Shown one piece after another: positions 18,919-30,208 of a stretch of 64,000 bases of DNA. Location: assembly GCA_963796685.1 (NCBI GenBank), contig CAWCMR010000025.1, forward strand, positions 1,184,001 through 1,248,000, in the 5' to 3' direction. Every line of letters begins with the position of its first letter. Position 1 is the stretch's first letter. The notes under the pieces were generated by a model that saw only the letters and a program-made list of their open reading frames with translations, ran no database searches and was not told the origin of the DNA. The DNA is from an uncultured delta proteobacterium (lineage in GTDB: Bacteria; Myxococcota_A; Polyangia; Fen-1088). A program made the position numbers and the translations under genes.

Positions 18919-20028
18919 ATGTCCGCGACGGTGCTGGTCTCGAGCGATGGGCTGGTAGCTCAGACCGCAGCTCCCAAGGGCAGACGCGAGTATCTGCCGT
19001 TCATGCACAGCCTGCGAGGACTCGCCATCACCTGGGTGGTGTCGGTGCATGTCCTGGACTGCATCGCCCGTCGAACGCCTCGCGAGCTCTCCTGGCAACT
19101 CCTTGTGTATCTGTTCGTTTCGAACGCCACTGTCCCCTTCATCTTCGTCTCAGGGTTCCTGTTTCAGCACCTGTCCGACCGCTACCGCGCCAGCGCGTAC
19201 CTGTGGCGCCGATTTGCCACGGTGATCTTGCCCTACCTGGTCATCTCCATGCCAGCTATCCTTCACCAGTACGCAACGCACACGGGGATCTACCTTCACC
19301 AGGACGGGCGACAGCCCTGGGCCATTGCCCTGGCGGCGTACCTGACTGGGGCGCATCTGACGGTTCCTCTTTGGTACATCCCAGTCATCGCTATGTATTA
19401 CCTGGCGTCCCCGATCTTCATTCGTTTTGTGCGGCAGCCATGGCTGTATTGGTCCATCGCTCCGCTGCTCGTACTGGCCACGTTCCTGCACCGGTCATAT
19501 GGCCATCGGGTGGTCTGGCAATCGGCTCTCTATTTCCTACCCGTGTTCTTGATCGGTATGGCCGTCAGCCAATATCGACAGCAGGTGCTGGCCTGGGTGG
19601 CGCCACGGCGATGGCTTTTCCTGACCTGCGTGCTCACCGTGCTCGTGGCGGCCGTGACGTTGAACGGTCATCACGGGCCGATCTTCTCGCGTCATCCGTT
19701 CTCCACGGAGAATGGTGTGCTGGATCTGGACCTGGTTGGCAAAGTGGGGCTAACTATCTTCTGTCTCGATTTCCTGCGCCGTCATGATGCTCCCATCCGT
19801 AGCGGGCTCGCGATCCTGGCTGACACCAGCTTTGGCATCTTCTTCCTACACGGCTTCTTACTACAGCGGATGGTCGCCAAGCCGGCCTGGCAACAGATCT
19901 CCGGCTCGGCTTGGGCTCCACTTGTGTTTCTTCTCGGGGTCGCTGGCGTTGTAGCCATTTGCGTTGTCACCGTCCTGGCGATCCAGAAGCTACTAGGAAA
20001 GCGCAGTCGCTACCTGATCGGCTGCTGA
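18919..20028 (+). CDS. Acyltransferase family 3 (OafA-like, membrane)
   Basis: SLRGLAITWVVSVH, VPFIFVSGFL, LWYIP, SFGIFFLH; many TM segments. Confidence 0.9.
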   Translation: MSATVLVSSDGLVAQTAAPKGRREYLPFMHSLRGLAITWVVSVHVLDCIARRTPRELSWQLLVYLFVSNATVPFIFVSGFLFQHLSDRYRASAYLWRRFATVILPYLVISMPAILHQYATHTGIYLHQDGRQPWAIALAAYLTGAHLTVPLWYIPVIAMYYLASPIFIRFVRQPWLYWSIAPLLVLATFLHRSYGHRVVWQSALYFLPVFLIGMAVSQYRQQVLAWVAPRRWLFLTCVLTVLVAAVTLNGHHGPIFSRHPFSTENGVLDLDLVGKVGLTIFCLDFLRRHDAPIRSGLAILADTSFGIFFLHGFLLQRMVAKPAWQQISGSAWAPLVFLLGVAGVVAICVVTVLAIQKLLGKRSRYLIGC

Positions 20029-20153
20029 CCCCCTCGGCCCCGGCTGGATCGTGCAAGCCCGAATCTCTCACTCGGATGCTTCAGAGGTGGATGGGGTGGG
20101 CGTGCGAGTGGCCGCTGTCGCAGATGACAAATCCTCTGGAGGGCGCACGATGG

Positions 20154-21218
20154 TCAGGCGTGCAACCTTCCCTTGAGGAAGTGAACCAGCTTCTTGAGAT
20201 CGACTCCCAGTCGATCGGGGACGCAGGATAAGAGTAGGATTTCCCACGGACGCAAATGGAATGGCTCGCGCAGAAGTCCCTTGAGCACGAACGGTCGCGC
20301 CTTGTCGAGCTCGCCCAGGTCCAGGTAGGCTTGGCCAATCCGGAAATAGGAAGAGGCAAGCCTAGCGTTGATCACTTTATCCGGAAGCCGTATGCGAGCC
20401 CTGTCGGCTGCCAATACGGGAAGAATCGTACGCAGATTGTTCAGCGCCAGGTGAACCATGTATTCAGGTCGGGTCAAAGCATCGCCCATCCCAATTTGGT
20501 AGCGAATGCTCGACGCATCGAGAAAAGCCACTGGTCCTTCCCGGCATGTCCTCAAATGGAAATCGTAGTCTTCCCCCGTAAACTTCAGGTCGGGCCTGAA
20601 CCCCTTCACGCGCTCCAAACGATCTCGCCTGAGGAGCACAGTCGAAGTGTGCACGAGGTTCCCGAGCACCATTTCTGAAAAGATGTCGCCGGTAAACAAC
20701 CGAACCCCGCGAAGCTCTACTGGCCCATCGGGCATGATGTCGCCGAGATCCCACTGCCTGTCGAAGATTGCTCGACTGCCGAGCCTCTGATACGCGCCAT
20801 ACATGGACTTCAGGTATTTCTGCTTGAACATTGTACCGTCAGGACCAACGGCATCCATGTCGGTCCAAATCATTCCGGCGTCGGGAACGAATCCCAGGCA
20901 GGCGAGCTGGGCAGCCAACTTCCACGGAAGCCACTCGTCGTCGGAGTCGAGAAGCGAAATGAATTCGCCCGTGGCCAGTGCAAACCCATGATTGCGGGCA
21001 GCAGACACACCAGCATTTTCCTGATGCACGTATCTAACCCTACCTTCCGTCGAATAGGTTGATCGAACCAATTCCCGGGTCTTGTCCGTCGACCCGTCAT
21101 CAACAACGATGACTTCGACGTTGTGATGAGTCTGATTCAAAGTGCTGTCTATTGCGCGCCGCAGACAATAAGCGCGATTGAATGTCGGAATAACGACGCT
21201 AACCAGTGGCGATGACAT
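20154..21218 (-). CDS. Glycosyltransferase family 2
   Basis: VSVVIPTFNR, VVDDGSTD, LLDSDD; paralog of 5920..6960. Confidence 0.92.
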   Translation of the reverse strand: MSSPLVSVVIPTFNRAYCLRRAIDSTLNQTHHNVEVIVVDDGSTDKTRELVRSTYSTEGRVRYVHQENAGVSAARNHGFALATGEFISLLDSDDEWLPWKLAAQLACLGFVPDAGMIWTDMDAVGPDGTMFKQKYLKSMYGAYQRLGSRAIFDRQWDLGDIMPDGPVELRGVRLFTGDIFSEMVLGNLVHTSTVLLRRDRLERVKGFRPDLKFTGEDYDFHLRTCREGPVAFLDASSIRYQIGMGDALTRPEYMVHLALNNLRTILPVLAADRARIRLPDKVINARLASSYFRIGQAYLDLGELDKARPFVLKGLLREPFHLRPWEILLLSCVPDRLGVDLKKLVHFLKGRLHA

Positions 21219-21422
21219 GAGAACCCTCCGTCTGTACGCTTGCAGCGCGCAAGAAACCGGGTGTGACGGTGCAGGAGATCTTCAGCCCCCATCAGGTGAT
21301 TTGGGGATTTCCTGCCTCTTTCGTCGTTGGCGTTTTCAATCCAGCCGCTGCGAAGGGCTGAATGAGCGTGCTTGCCACGCTTGGGCGACGTGCGCGCGTG
21401 TCGCGAGGACACGGCAGAATGA

Positions 21423-21851
21423 TTACGCGTGACGTACGGGAGGGGATGTCTTGGGGGCGATGAGGATGACTTTGGCGACTCGCACCATCCCCTCGCTGGC
21501 GACCTGGTTAGCCCGTTCTTCGAGCGGAATCGCTGTGGTGGAGAACGAAAGCTCAGCCGACGAAAACTGGACCAAGAGGTTTGATAGAAGGCACGCTGAA
21601 CGCGAATCTTCGTCATGAAGAACAACATCGGCCGACGTGCCCTGGTCCTTCGCACTCCGCGTCAGAGTGGAGGACCTGGCATGGGTTGGCATGCGGTCGC
21701 GGTCCTCGATCCGGTTGTGTTCAAGACAGAATACGTGTGCGTGGGATGCGACGGCCTGGTGCAGCTGGGTCGCGACGGGCGCGAACGCAATCCACACGCT
21801 GCACCAGAGCGCGATCAGAAGCGTACCAAAATGTAAGGTTTTCTTCCTCAT
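21423..21851 (-). CDS. Hypothetical exported His/Cys protein
   Basis: Signal/TM, HAHVFCLEH, HDEDSRSAC, ends APKTSPP. Confidence 0.55.
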   Translation of the reverse strand: MRKKTLHFGTLLIALWCSVWIAFAPVATQLHQAVASHAHVFCLEHNRIEDRDRMPTHARSSTLTRSAKDQGTSADVVLHDEDSRSACLLSNLLVQFSSAELSFSTTAIPLEERANQVASEGMVRVAKVILIAPKTSPPVRHA

Positions 21852-22180
21852 CACCACCCAAACTTGGCCAACTGTACGATTGACTTCCGCAACAACTACC
21901 CGCCAGACAAACTTACCCCTGAGTCCTACACCGGAGAGTTCCGAAATTCCAGGTCCTTTCTGTTCCGGGTGGATGTGCCTCGCGTTCGACAATGACCCCA
22001 TCCACCACGCGACAGCCGCAGGCGATAGAGTATGCTATCTTGCCGCATTCATGCAATATCAGCAGCCACGGGCGGCCATTGCGGTGTCTCTACCGAGCGC
22101 GTCGACGATGATGATGGTGCCATGCGCGTAATAATTCATCTTGGGGCTTGCTTTAGCGCGATAGGTCACGGACTGCGTGC

Positions 22181-23338
22181 ATGATTGAATCGACGTCGAT
22201 GAACGCGGTTCGTGTGATTCAATCGGATGCCGAGTTTGCTTCCCTGGCCAACGAATGGGAGGCTCTGCAGAAAGACGCACGATCAACCAGCGTGTTTCAG
22301 ACCTTCGATTGGCAGTCCCTCTGGTGGAAGACCTATGGACCAGGCCGGCTGTTGCGCCTGCTCTTGGCGACCGAAGGCGAGCGATTGGTGGGCATCTTGC
22401 CGCTCTATATCCAGACGGTGCCCACGATGCGGTTTTCGGTGCGCATTTTGCGCCCCATCGGCATCGGGGCGGACACATCGCCCGACGATCTGGGGCCGGT
22501 GCTCGCCGCTTCGTGCGAGGAACGAGTCGCGCAGGCGCTTGCCAGAGCAGTCATACAGCTCCCGGGCTGGGACGTACTGCAGCTCAGTGACATGCTTCCC
22601 GATTGCCCTTTCATGGCGGCCATTCGGGCGGAGATTGGGCGCCAGGGTCTGCCGCTCCTGACCGGCCGATCCGAGCGCATCGCCTATCTCGACCTTCCGT
22701 CGACCTGGGAAGGGTGGCTCGAAAAGTTGAGTCGTGACCGCCGCTGGCGCATTCGAAGCCTGCGCAAGAAACTCTACGCCGCGCATCCCACCCGGTTCCT
22801 GGTCTGGAGCGATCCGAACACCCTTGATGCGGTCATCGACCGCCTGGTGTTTCTGCACAACAAACGGTGGAATGCGGTAGGCGAGGTTCACGGCTTCGCG
22901 ACGCCGGAGTACGTCGAATTTCATCGAGCGGTCATGCACGCCTGTCTCCGTCACGACCGTTTGCGTTTGTATTGCCTTGAGGTGGCTGGTCAAATCGTCG
23001 CCATGTACTACTTTTACCAGTTTCGAAACCGCGTCTACCTCATGCAGAGCGGCTTCGATCCGGATTTCTCGAAGCTGAAGCCGGGCCAGGTGCTGCTTCA
23101 CCACATCGTCGAGCACGCCATTGGCGAGGGACGCAGCGTGCTCGACTTCCTGAGGGGAGACCACCGCTACAAAGACGAGCTGGCAACGGGCGAACGCGAA
23201 ACGGTGTACGTGACCGCCTTCCGCTGGACCAGGGGCGCGCTGGCCCACCATGCTCGGAGAATCGTGATGCCTGCAGTAAGGACCCGCCTCATGGAGGTCC
23301 TTCGGAGGCTTCGCCCTTTACCGTCGAAAACGGAATGA
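22181..23338 (+). CDS. GNAT-family acyltransferase, CelD/BcsL type
   Basis: FQTFDWQSLWW, LVGILPL, QSGFDP...PGQVL, DFLRGDHRYK. Confidence 0.88.
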   Translation: MIESTSMNAVRVIQSDAEFASLANEWEALQKDARSTSVFQTFDWQSLWWKTYGPGRLLRLLLATEGERLVGILPLYIQTVPTMRFSVRILRPIGIGADTSPDDLGPVLAASCEERVAQALARAVIQLPGWDVLQLSDMLPDCPFMAAIRAEIGRQGLPLLTGRSERIAYLDLPSTWEGWLEKLSRDRRWRIRSLRKKLYAAHPTRFLVWSDPNTLDAVIDRLVFLHNKRWNAVGEVHGFATPEYVEFHRAVMHACLRHDRLRLYCLEVAGQIVAMYYFYQFRNRVYLMQSGFDPDFSKLKPGQVLLHHIVEHAIGEGRSVLDFLRGDHRYKDELATGERETVYVTAFRWTRGALAHHARRIVMPAVRTRLMEVLRRLRPLPSKTE

Positions 23339-23403
23339 ATATGGAGCTCTTTGCGCTCAAGCGCCAGGCCGCCCCAATATACCCACTCGGATAGCGTCAC
23401 ATC

Positions 23404-24831
23404 TCAATAAGAGTAGCTCGGTAGCTCGAGTACGTACGTATCCACGGTTGCCCCGTTGCCCCAGTCGCTGGCGAATGCAGCTCGCGTTCCGCTGGGACTG
23501 GGAACGGCATGTGGTTCAGCCCAGTACGACTCCCCCAACTTGGTGTTGTTCTTGCCCCAACTGCGATGCCTTCCCAGACGGCAAACCTTGCCGGTGTTGG
23601 TGTCGGCATAGAGCAACTCTTGATCGAGCAGGCCCTGTGGTCCCGATGTATTGTCGCTAATTGTGGAAACGAGGACCCAACCAGGCATCCGGTAGGCGAG
23701 GGCCGATACGTGTCCGCTAGGCGGATAGGGGTACCCTGTTTGAGGGCCGATGACAACGCCGCCGCTACCATTGGTAAGATCCCACGTCACCAGGATTCCG
23801 ACGTCATCTTTGGCGTCGTCGTAGACGTTGCCATTCCAAGTATCGTGGCCGTTGGCGAGGCGACCCAGGGACGCGTGGCTATCGGGCTCCTGGAGGTTCA
23901 GCGAACGCGTTAGGGTCAGGCTGGTATCCATCACCTGGCCCGTGCCCGCCTCAAGGTATGCCAGGGTACCGCCGGGGGCCACTTGAGCCGGAGGCGTTCC
24001 GGCGACAGTCTTCGATGCTAGTATGGAATTCGTCGAGATGTCGTAGATGAACATTTTGGTGCCACAGGTGAGCCCAATTCGATGGGAATCCCAGGACGTA
24101 AACATGGGATCGGATCCATTGCTCACTGAGGCATTTCCGCACGCGCTGCCGAAGTTGGTCAGCGTATCACGTTTCCCGGCTCGGACGTGGTAGCGAATGA
24201 AGTCCTGGTTGTCGACGTAGTATAGAACATCTGGATCCGAGGTATCCCAATACACCTGCTCGATGTCGGCGGGCGAGATGTCCAAAGAGCGTATCAAGGC
24301 GTAGCTCTTGCCATCGTAGAGTTGATGACCACTCCCGATACTGTACAGGATGAGCAACGACTCATCGGCGTTCCAGGCCGACACGGTGGAGTACATCGGT
24401 GCGATGACGGCGTCACCGCCCCCACTCGCGGCGACCGCCGTGACGCGCCGAAATACCGTACCAAACTCGGCGTCGACCACGGTTTGGCCAGGCGCGGGCT
24501 TGGTCAACGCCGTCTGCGTGTGGGGCAGCTTGTCCTGCACGAGTCCCGCACACAGATCCGTAACAGGGCCCGTAGGGATCCCACCCATCCCGCCCCCTAT
24601 TCCTGTGGTCTTCGAGCCGCCTGTCCCAGAGCCCGAGCCACCCGTTCCAAAGCCCGGATCAACGGATCCACCCGAGCCCACGACGGCTCCTCCGGTTCCG
24701 GATCCCGCGGTTGAACCGCTCCCGCTGCCATGGTCCGCGGAGCCCGATCCACTGCAGTCCAACAGGATCACGCCAGCCACCAGCGCAAAACTACCCAAGA
24801 TCCATCTATGCCATCGCTTCACGTCGATCAT
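23404..24831 (-). CDS. Lipoprotein beta-propeller, paralog 3
   Basis: Signal ending LLDC, Gly linker, TDLCAG, WNADES, YWDTSDPDVLY, SPSGTRAAFASDWG, YVLELPSY shared with copies 1 and 2. Start moved to ATG 24831. Confidence 0.8.
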   Translation of the reverse strand: MIDVKRWHRWILGSFALVAGVILLDCSGSGSADHGSGSGSTAGSGTGGAVVGSGGSVDPGFGTGGSGSGTGGSKTTGIGGGMGGIPTGPVTDLCAGLVQDKLPHTQTALTKPAPGQTVVDAEFGTVFRRVTAVAASGGGDAVIAPMYSTVSAWNADESLLILYSIGSGHQLYDGKSYALIRSLDISPADIEQVYWDTSDPDVLYYVDNQDFIRYHVRAGKRDTLTNFGSACGNASVSNGSDPMFTSWDSHRIGLTCGTKMFIYDISTNSILASKTVAGTPPAQVAPGGTLAYLEAGTGQVMDTSLTLTRSLNLQEPDSHASLGRLANGHDTWNGNVYDDAKDDVGILVTWDLTNGSGGVVIGPQTGYPYPPSGHVSALAYRMPGWVLVSTISDNTSGPQGLLDQELLYADTNTGKVCRLGRHRSWGKNNTKLGESYWAEPHAVPSPSGTRAAFASDWGNGATVDTYVLELPSYSY

Positions 24832-24952
24832 TTTATGATTTCTCGTCGGATGCGAAAGAAACTTGTGTGCTGGCCGTGTTGAATTGGGTTCATTGGTGGC
24901 GCGGTGCGCACAACGATGTCGGTCGAGATGACTGGTGGCGAAGAGGCGGGCA

Positions 24953-26839
24953 TCAAGGCGCCTTGCCCAGCCGGGCCAGGAGCTGGCGTGCAATTTCGCG
25001 ACGTGCGATCCGCCAAGCAGCCGCATCGTGACTCCAGTCCCCCGGCAGCTCCCAACGCGGGTGTCGCCAAGGAGGGTCAACGCCCGGTTCATTGAGTGCA
25101 GATCGGACGACTCCCCGAACCACACTATCAGGATCACCGCCAGCTTCGCGGAGGAGTGTGAAGTACTCGTAGTCGAACATCCCTCGCCTGAGCGCTTTCA
25201 TGCGAAATGAAGAGATGGGACCATCGACCGCCGGGAAACCGATCGTCGGAAGCAAATGGCCTGGGTAGAAAAGGATCCCGTTGCCCAGTAGCTCGTCGTT
25301 CCAATTCATGGCCTGGTGATAGGGATCTTCACCCCAGAAGTTTCCAACCCAGAGGAAGATCCCATCGACACGATAGCGCCAAGCAATCCACGGCCACGTC
25401 GTCATGGCAAGCCCATCATTGTTGATGCAGTTTCCCCCTACGAACGGCTCGTGGTGTTGATAGAACCAGGTCCGATTCCCAGCTCGTTGGCGCTGAGCCA
25501 TTTGCGAGGGAACGTAACCGCCACCCCAGGTGGCCCAGATGTCGACGCTACCAAACCATTCGGGCCTGGGCGCCACGGTGACCAAGTGGTCGACTGAGGC
25601 GCCCGAATCGTGCAGAGCTCGCCCGTAGTCAGCCACGAGACTCAGCAAATTCGGATAAGTCGTAAGATCGGGTTCGTCGACCATGTAGGCAAACAAAGAT
25701 GGGTGACTCCATCCTTTCTCGTTGAAGTGCGTCCGAAAGGCCTGCATGTACTTCCGGATGGCTGTCCGATGAGCTGGGGTTAGGGCGGCATCACGCTGAT
25801 AGTTGCCGCCGAAGTTTGGAGGATCTCCGGGGCGTGCTCCCCACCATACAAATCCGCCGACCTTCCATTGGGGTGGTGGCTCTCTGTCTTGGAAGAGGCT
25901 GCCGTCCAGAACGGGTCCATTGACAGCATCATACCGAGTCCAGTCGATTTTCTGGGGAGTTCCGCTCGACTCATCCCAGCTCACCTGCGGCTGGTCATCA
26001 ATCACCTGGGTCCAGAACCGGTGGGCGTGCGCCATCCTATGATAGGAGTGCAGGAGTTTCGCGTACCCGGCGATCGCGGGCTCGTCACCGAGCCCCTCCC
26101 GTCGAAGCAGGCGTGTTGCGTACAGAGGAACCCACGCGAACAGGTGCCGACGCGCAGGTATTGCGAACGGCATCACTTCCAGCTGCAAGTTGACTAGCCG
26201 CTCGGCGCCGTCGCGTGGCACGATCCGAAGGACGCCTTGATAGGCTCCCGGGCGCGTGGTCTCGGGCACCAATAGGTCGACCCAAAGAGGCTGGTTCCGA
26301 CGCGCTGACAATTGGACGGGACTGGCGACCGCGCGACCGCTGGTCGGGTCGCGTAGAGGAATTAGCGGATCGGGGTATTGTCCCGGCGCAAGGCCCACCA
26401 CGGTGGGGTCCGTGGCCGGCGTGTCGAGGAAGGCTTCAAAGAAGACCTCTATGGCAGAGGATTCCAATTTGCCTGCCGACCCATTCAGGTCCCCCGGAAC
26501 CACATCAAGAGCCAGCGGCGATGGAGACGCCAGCACGAGTTGGAATGAGACGGTTTCGCCTCTGGCGGCTTGCAGGTCTACCGATGTCGGCCAGGTCGAA
26601 ACGGGTTCGTCAAGGGGATCCCCCGGACGGACCTTGACGGCTTCGTCCACAATCCACACCGATAGTCCCTCAGGCGTATTCTTGCGTTCGCGGGGCTGGG
26701 GCGTGTCCAACCCCAGCGCAGATCGCTCGACCCTGCGTGCGATCCTTCGACCGAAATTGAGAACCTTTGAAGGAATGAAAGTTAGGGACACGCCTATGAG
26801 AAGGATGGCGACGCCGAAGACTGCATGGCGGCGCTTCAT
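24953..26839 (-). CDS. GH123-like / DUF4091-domain secreted protein
   Basis: AARGETVSFQ, PDPLIP, YMVDEP, GNGILFYPG...GPISSFRMKALRRGMFDYEY. Confidence 0.7.
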   Translation of the reverse strand: MKRRHAVFGVAILLIGVSLTFIPSKVLNFGRRIARRVERSALGLDTPQPRERKNTPEGLSVWIVDEAVKVRPGDPLDEPVSTWPTSVDLQAARGETVSFQLVLASPSPLALDVVPGDLNGSAGKLESSAIEVFFEAFLDTPATDPTVVGLAPGQYPDPLIPLRDPTSGRAVASPVQLSARRNQPLWVDLLVPETTRPGAYQGVLRIVPRDGAERLVNLQLEVMPFAIPARRHLFAWVPLYATRLLRREGLGDEPAIAGYAKLLHSYHRMAHAHRFWTQVIDDQPQVSWDESSGTPQKIDWTRYDAVNGPVLDGSLFQDREPPPQWKVGGFVWWGARPGDPPNFGGNYQRDAALTPAHRTAIRKYMQAFRTHFNEKGWSHPSLFAYMVDEPDLTTYPNLLSLVADYGRALHDSGASVDHLVTVAPRPEWFGSVDIWATWGGGYVPSQMAQRQRAGNRTWFYQHHEPFVGGNCINNDGLAMTTWPWIAWRYRVDGIFLWVGNFWGEDPYHQAMNWNDELLGNGILFYPGHLLPTIGFPAVDGPISSFRMKALRRGMFDYEYFTLLREAGGDPDSVVRGVVRSALNEPGVDPPWRHPRWELPGDWSHDAAAWRIARREIARQLLARLGKAP

Positions 26840-27011
26840 CTCTCAACTCCGGCACGGACCCGCGGACCGGGATCCAGGGGTCTTCCAGCAACGCGGCTAC
26901 GGGTGTGGTATGGCAAAATTGACCTCCAAATCCTGTGGGCGGCCAGGCATGACCGGCCGCTCTTCGCTTGACTCAGCCCTGGGTTAGCACGGTCGCGGAC
27001 GCCCCACCGAT

Positions 27012-27720
27012 TCACGGCAGGGGCCTACGGCACCCGTCCGAAGCCTCCTCCGGATCGCGCAGGTCCACCAAATATTCGTTGATCGCCCTCGTTCTCCGAC
27101 TTCTTCCCGACCATGGCGTAGTAGCGCCCTTTCGCGTCCAGGTTGCCTTCCAGCTTTCCCCTGGCGGCAGTGTATTCCGAGAAGGAGCGCAGGTGCTTCT
27201 TGCCCTCGCCAGCGATGTCGCATCTGAATATTGTTCGTACCTCTCCGGTTCCGTCCATGTCGAGGTGGTAAAAGACGTTGGGGTCGGTGGGATGCCACGA
27301 CACCTCGGCATCGCTAGTGCCGATATGGAGATCGCGAATTGGCTTCCAGGACTTGGTGTCGTACAGCAGATAGGTGCCGTCGCTGCCCCACAATATGGCG
27401 CGGCTGTTGTCGGAGTTGAACGGATTCGCCTTGGAGTAGTAGTGGCGAATGCGTTTCAATCCGGGCCATTGGGAGGCATCACCAATTCGGGTGATACACG
27501 TGCCGAAAACTGGGTCCTTGAACGGGCGATGCAGAGCAGGAAGCGCCGCGTGCGGCGGGACATGGCGATCATGGCCAGTCATAAGACGCTCAAACGCCTT
27601 GGGCGGTCGGCTGGGTGACGACGATTTCGGAGTAGCCGCCGGAGACCTGGCGCCGCGCTCACTCGCGACAGCGACTATTGCTAGGACCATGCCGAGCAGA
27701 ATGAGCGAAAGGGATCTCAT
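27012..27720 (-). pseudogene. Secreted beta-propeller paralog 4 with a large internal deletion
   Basis: N-half matches 38537..39853 up to VGKKSENE, then jumps out of frame (about 27083) to INEYLVDL, the paralog's terminal ISDYLVDL. Confidence 0.8.
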
Positions 27721-27724
27721 GGCA

Positions 27725-28702
27725 TTATCCGCTATGATGCTGCCGTTGCCACAAGGAATAGACCACCGTCGTGAGGTTCTCCCCGCTCGGGATGCGAGGA
27801 ACCGCCAGCCAGTCCGTATCCGCGTTTGCCACGCCGGGCGATGTTGAGAACGCGACTGTGAAGCCGTGCTCGCGCAAGAGAGCTTGGGTCTGGGAGGTGT
27901 AGTCGGCCGGACTGCCATTGGGATAGGCGAATAGCCAGGGGTGTTGCCCCGTCTCGGCGGCGATACGCTCGCGGCAGGTGCGGATCTCCATGGAGGCTTG
28001 GTCTGAGGTAATCCGCGACAGGATGGGGTGATTGTGGGTGTGGCCGCCGAATCGGGTCAGGTCCAAGGTGCGGCGAACCTCGTCCCAGTTGAGGAACTCC
28101 CGCTTCGGGGGCGAGGGCTCGCCCAACTCGTCCAGCAGCCGCGCCAGGACGGTGTGACGTCCATCATCTGGAAGCCCCTTCAGATGCGCGCGCGCCTGTC
28201 GGCCAAAGGCCGCCCGCGCGGCCGCATCAGGAAGGGGGACGAGCGGTCCATCCGGGGACAGTTGCATCGTCGTCCGTCGGGTGGCGAGGGCTGCCCGCTG
28301 CACGCGATCGGTCCACAGCGTCCCGCCCTCGTCGACCAACGAGGTGGCCAGGAACACTATCGCCGGGATCTGGAGATCGCGCAGAATAGGATAGGCGAGG
28401 TCGTGGTAATCGCGGTAGCCGTCATCGAAGGTGATTAGCACTGCGGGCTTGAGGCGGCTGGGATGGCGGGCACGGTCCACCAGGGCCTCGGGCGCAATGG
28501 GATCGCAGTGCCTGCGGATCCATTGCATCTGGGACGCGAAGCGATCGACGGGGGTGCCCTCCTCCACCGAGCCGGGCGCTAGCACTCGGTGATACATCAA
28601 GACAAGCACCCCCGGCGGACGCGCGAGAGGACCTACGAGCCGCCAGGCCAAAGTCGAACCAATGATCCGTTTCAAGGCCAAGCGGAACTTCGCTGGTATC
28701 AT
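27725..28702 (-). CDS. Polysaccharide deacetylase (CE4/NodB)
   Basis: LMYHRV, TFDDGY, GHTHNH, FAYPNG. Confidence 0.92.
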   Translation of the reverse strand: MIPAKFRLALKRIIGSTLAWRLVGPLARPPGVLVLMYHRVLAPGSVEEGTPVDRFASQMQWIRRHCDPIAPEALVDRARHPSRLKPAVLITFDDGYRDYHDLAYPILRDLQIPAIVFLATSLVDEGGTLWTDRVQRAALATRRTTMQLSPDGPLVPLPDAAARAAFGRQARAHLKGLPDDGRHTVLARLLDELGEPSPPKREFLNWDEVRRTLDLTRFGGHTHNHPILSRITSDQASMEIRTCRERIAAETGQHPWLFAYPNGSPADYTSQTQALLREHGFTVAFSTSPGVANADTDWLAVPRIPSGENLTTVVYSLWQRQHHSG

Positions 28703-30208
28703 GACGGAACTGTCCCTCCTTTCAATCGGCGCAGCCGATCCATCCCCTTCTTCATAATGGCGCGCGCATCGCGATCAATCAGAACCATTATGACGAGGTA
28801 AATCGCCACGCCCATGACGGCCCGCACGCCTACGGTAGCCAGGCGATGGCCGGAATAGATAAATCGGACTGCTAGGAACATCGACACTGAGCCGAAGGCG
28901 GTGCGTAGCATGGTCGTCCAAGGAATCGCCACGGGCAACAGCCGCCGGCCGACTAGGCCGAAGCCCAGGGCTGTGACACTGTAGCTGATCAGGGTGGCAA
29001 CAGCGGCTGCCAGGATCCCCATGCGGGGAATGAGCACTATATTGAGCACGAGATTGAGCAGCGCCCCGCCAATCACGATGGACATGACGACACGCGTCTT
29101 GCGATGGATGAAGAGGCCCGCTCCCAGCATCGAATTCGTGCCGTCCACCACCATGCCAGCGATCACCCAGGGCAGTATCCCCACCGAGCTGGCGTACTTG
29201 TTGGACGCCAAGGCGGGCAGCAACTCGGGACCGACTGCGGCCAGCCCTGCGATGACTGGGCCACCCAGGACCACGTACGTGCGTAGCGACCGGGCGATGA
29301 AGGCTGCGGTTTCATCTTGGCCCTTGCGGTCCCACAGCTGCATGTACAGCGGCATGATGGCCTGGCTCACCGAAGCGATGAATACGGCTTGCACGTACTG
29401 GCACAGGTTGTACGCAGCCGAGTAGAGGCCCAGCGGCTCCTCTCCCATGAAGCCCTCAATGACGTACCGATCTCCCACCGACAGGATGATTCCCGACAGC
29501 TCGTAGCCGATGAGCATGGGCACACCGAAGCGGAGTAACTCACCATAGAGGGGACGGGAGAATTGCGACAGGGAAGGTCCGGGGCGGTTGCGGAACATGC
29601 TGCGCGCCAAGATGACCATGGCCAGGACTTCGATGATTGCCGTGGCCACGTAGAAGGAAGTCAGGCTGCATGCCACCAGTAGGACAGCCACTAGAATCAA
29701 GGCGAGGCCCACATACTTCTTCGTGACCTGGTAGATCAGCAAGGTCGAAGTCTTCTGCTCGGCACGCAGGAAGTTCACCAGGGCGCTCTCCAGAACCTGG
29801 GCCACCACCACCACCGACACGATCCCCAGTAGGTGCGGCATGCGGACGTTGCCCAGCCAGCGGGCCGGAACGAGTTGCGCACCGATGCCGAGCAGCAGGG
29901 CGACCAAGAGGGAAGTGCCCAGCATGCCCAGCAGCGTGGACGAGGTCAGCCTGGGCCAGCGTGAACTGTCCTTTGCCCGACGAAATTTCACTTTGGTACC
30001 GGATAATGGAGTGCTGCACACCCACCTTCCCCAGTGCCACCGAGATGGTGAGGGTAGCCGCAACCAGGTTCATCACGCCATAGTCGGCGACCGAGAAGAC
30101 GCGGGTCAGGATGGGAAAAGTGATCAGGCCGGCCAACATGGTCAGCAGACCGATGAATGAGTAGTGCGAGGTGTGGACGAGAAGGCGTTTGAGGGGAGAG
30201 TTTGTCAT
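28699..30208 (-). pseudogene. wzx: Wzx flippase, frameshifted (+1 nt near 29950)
   Basis: Two overlapping frames join at QFTLAQ|LTSSTLLGM; intact paralog at 43025..44530. Confidence 0.85.
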
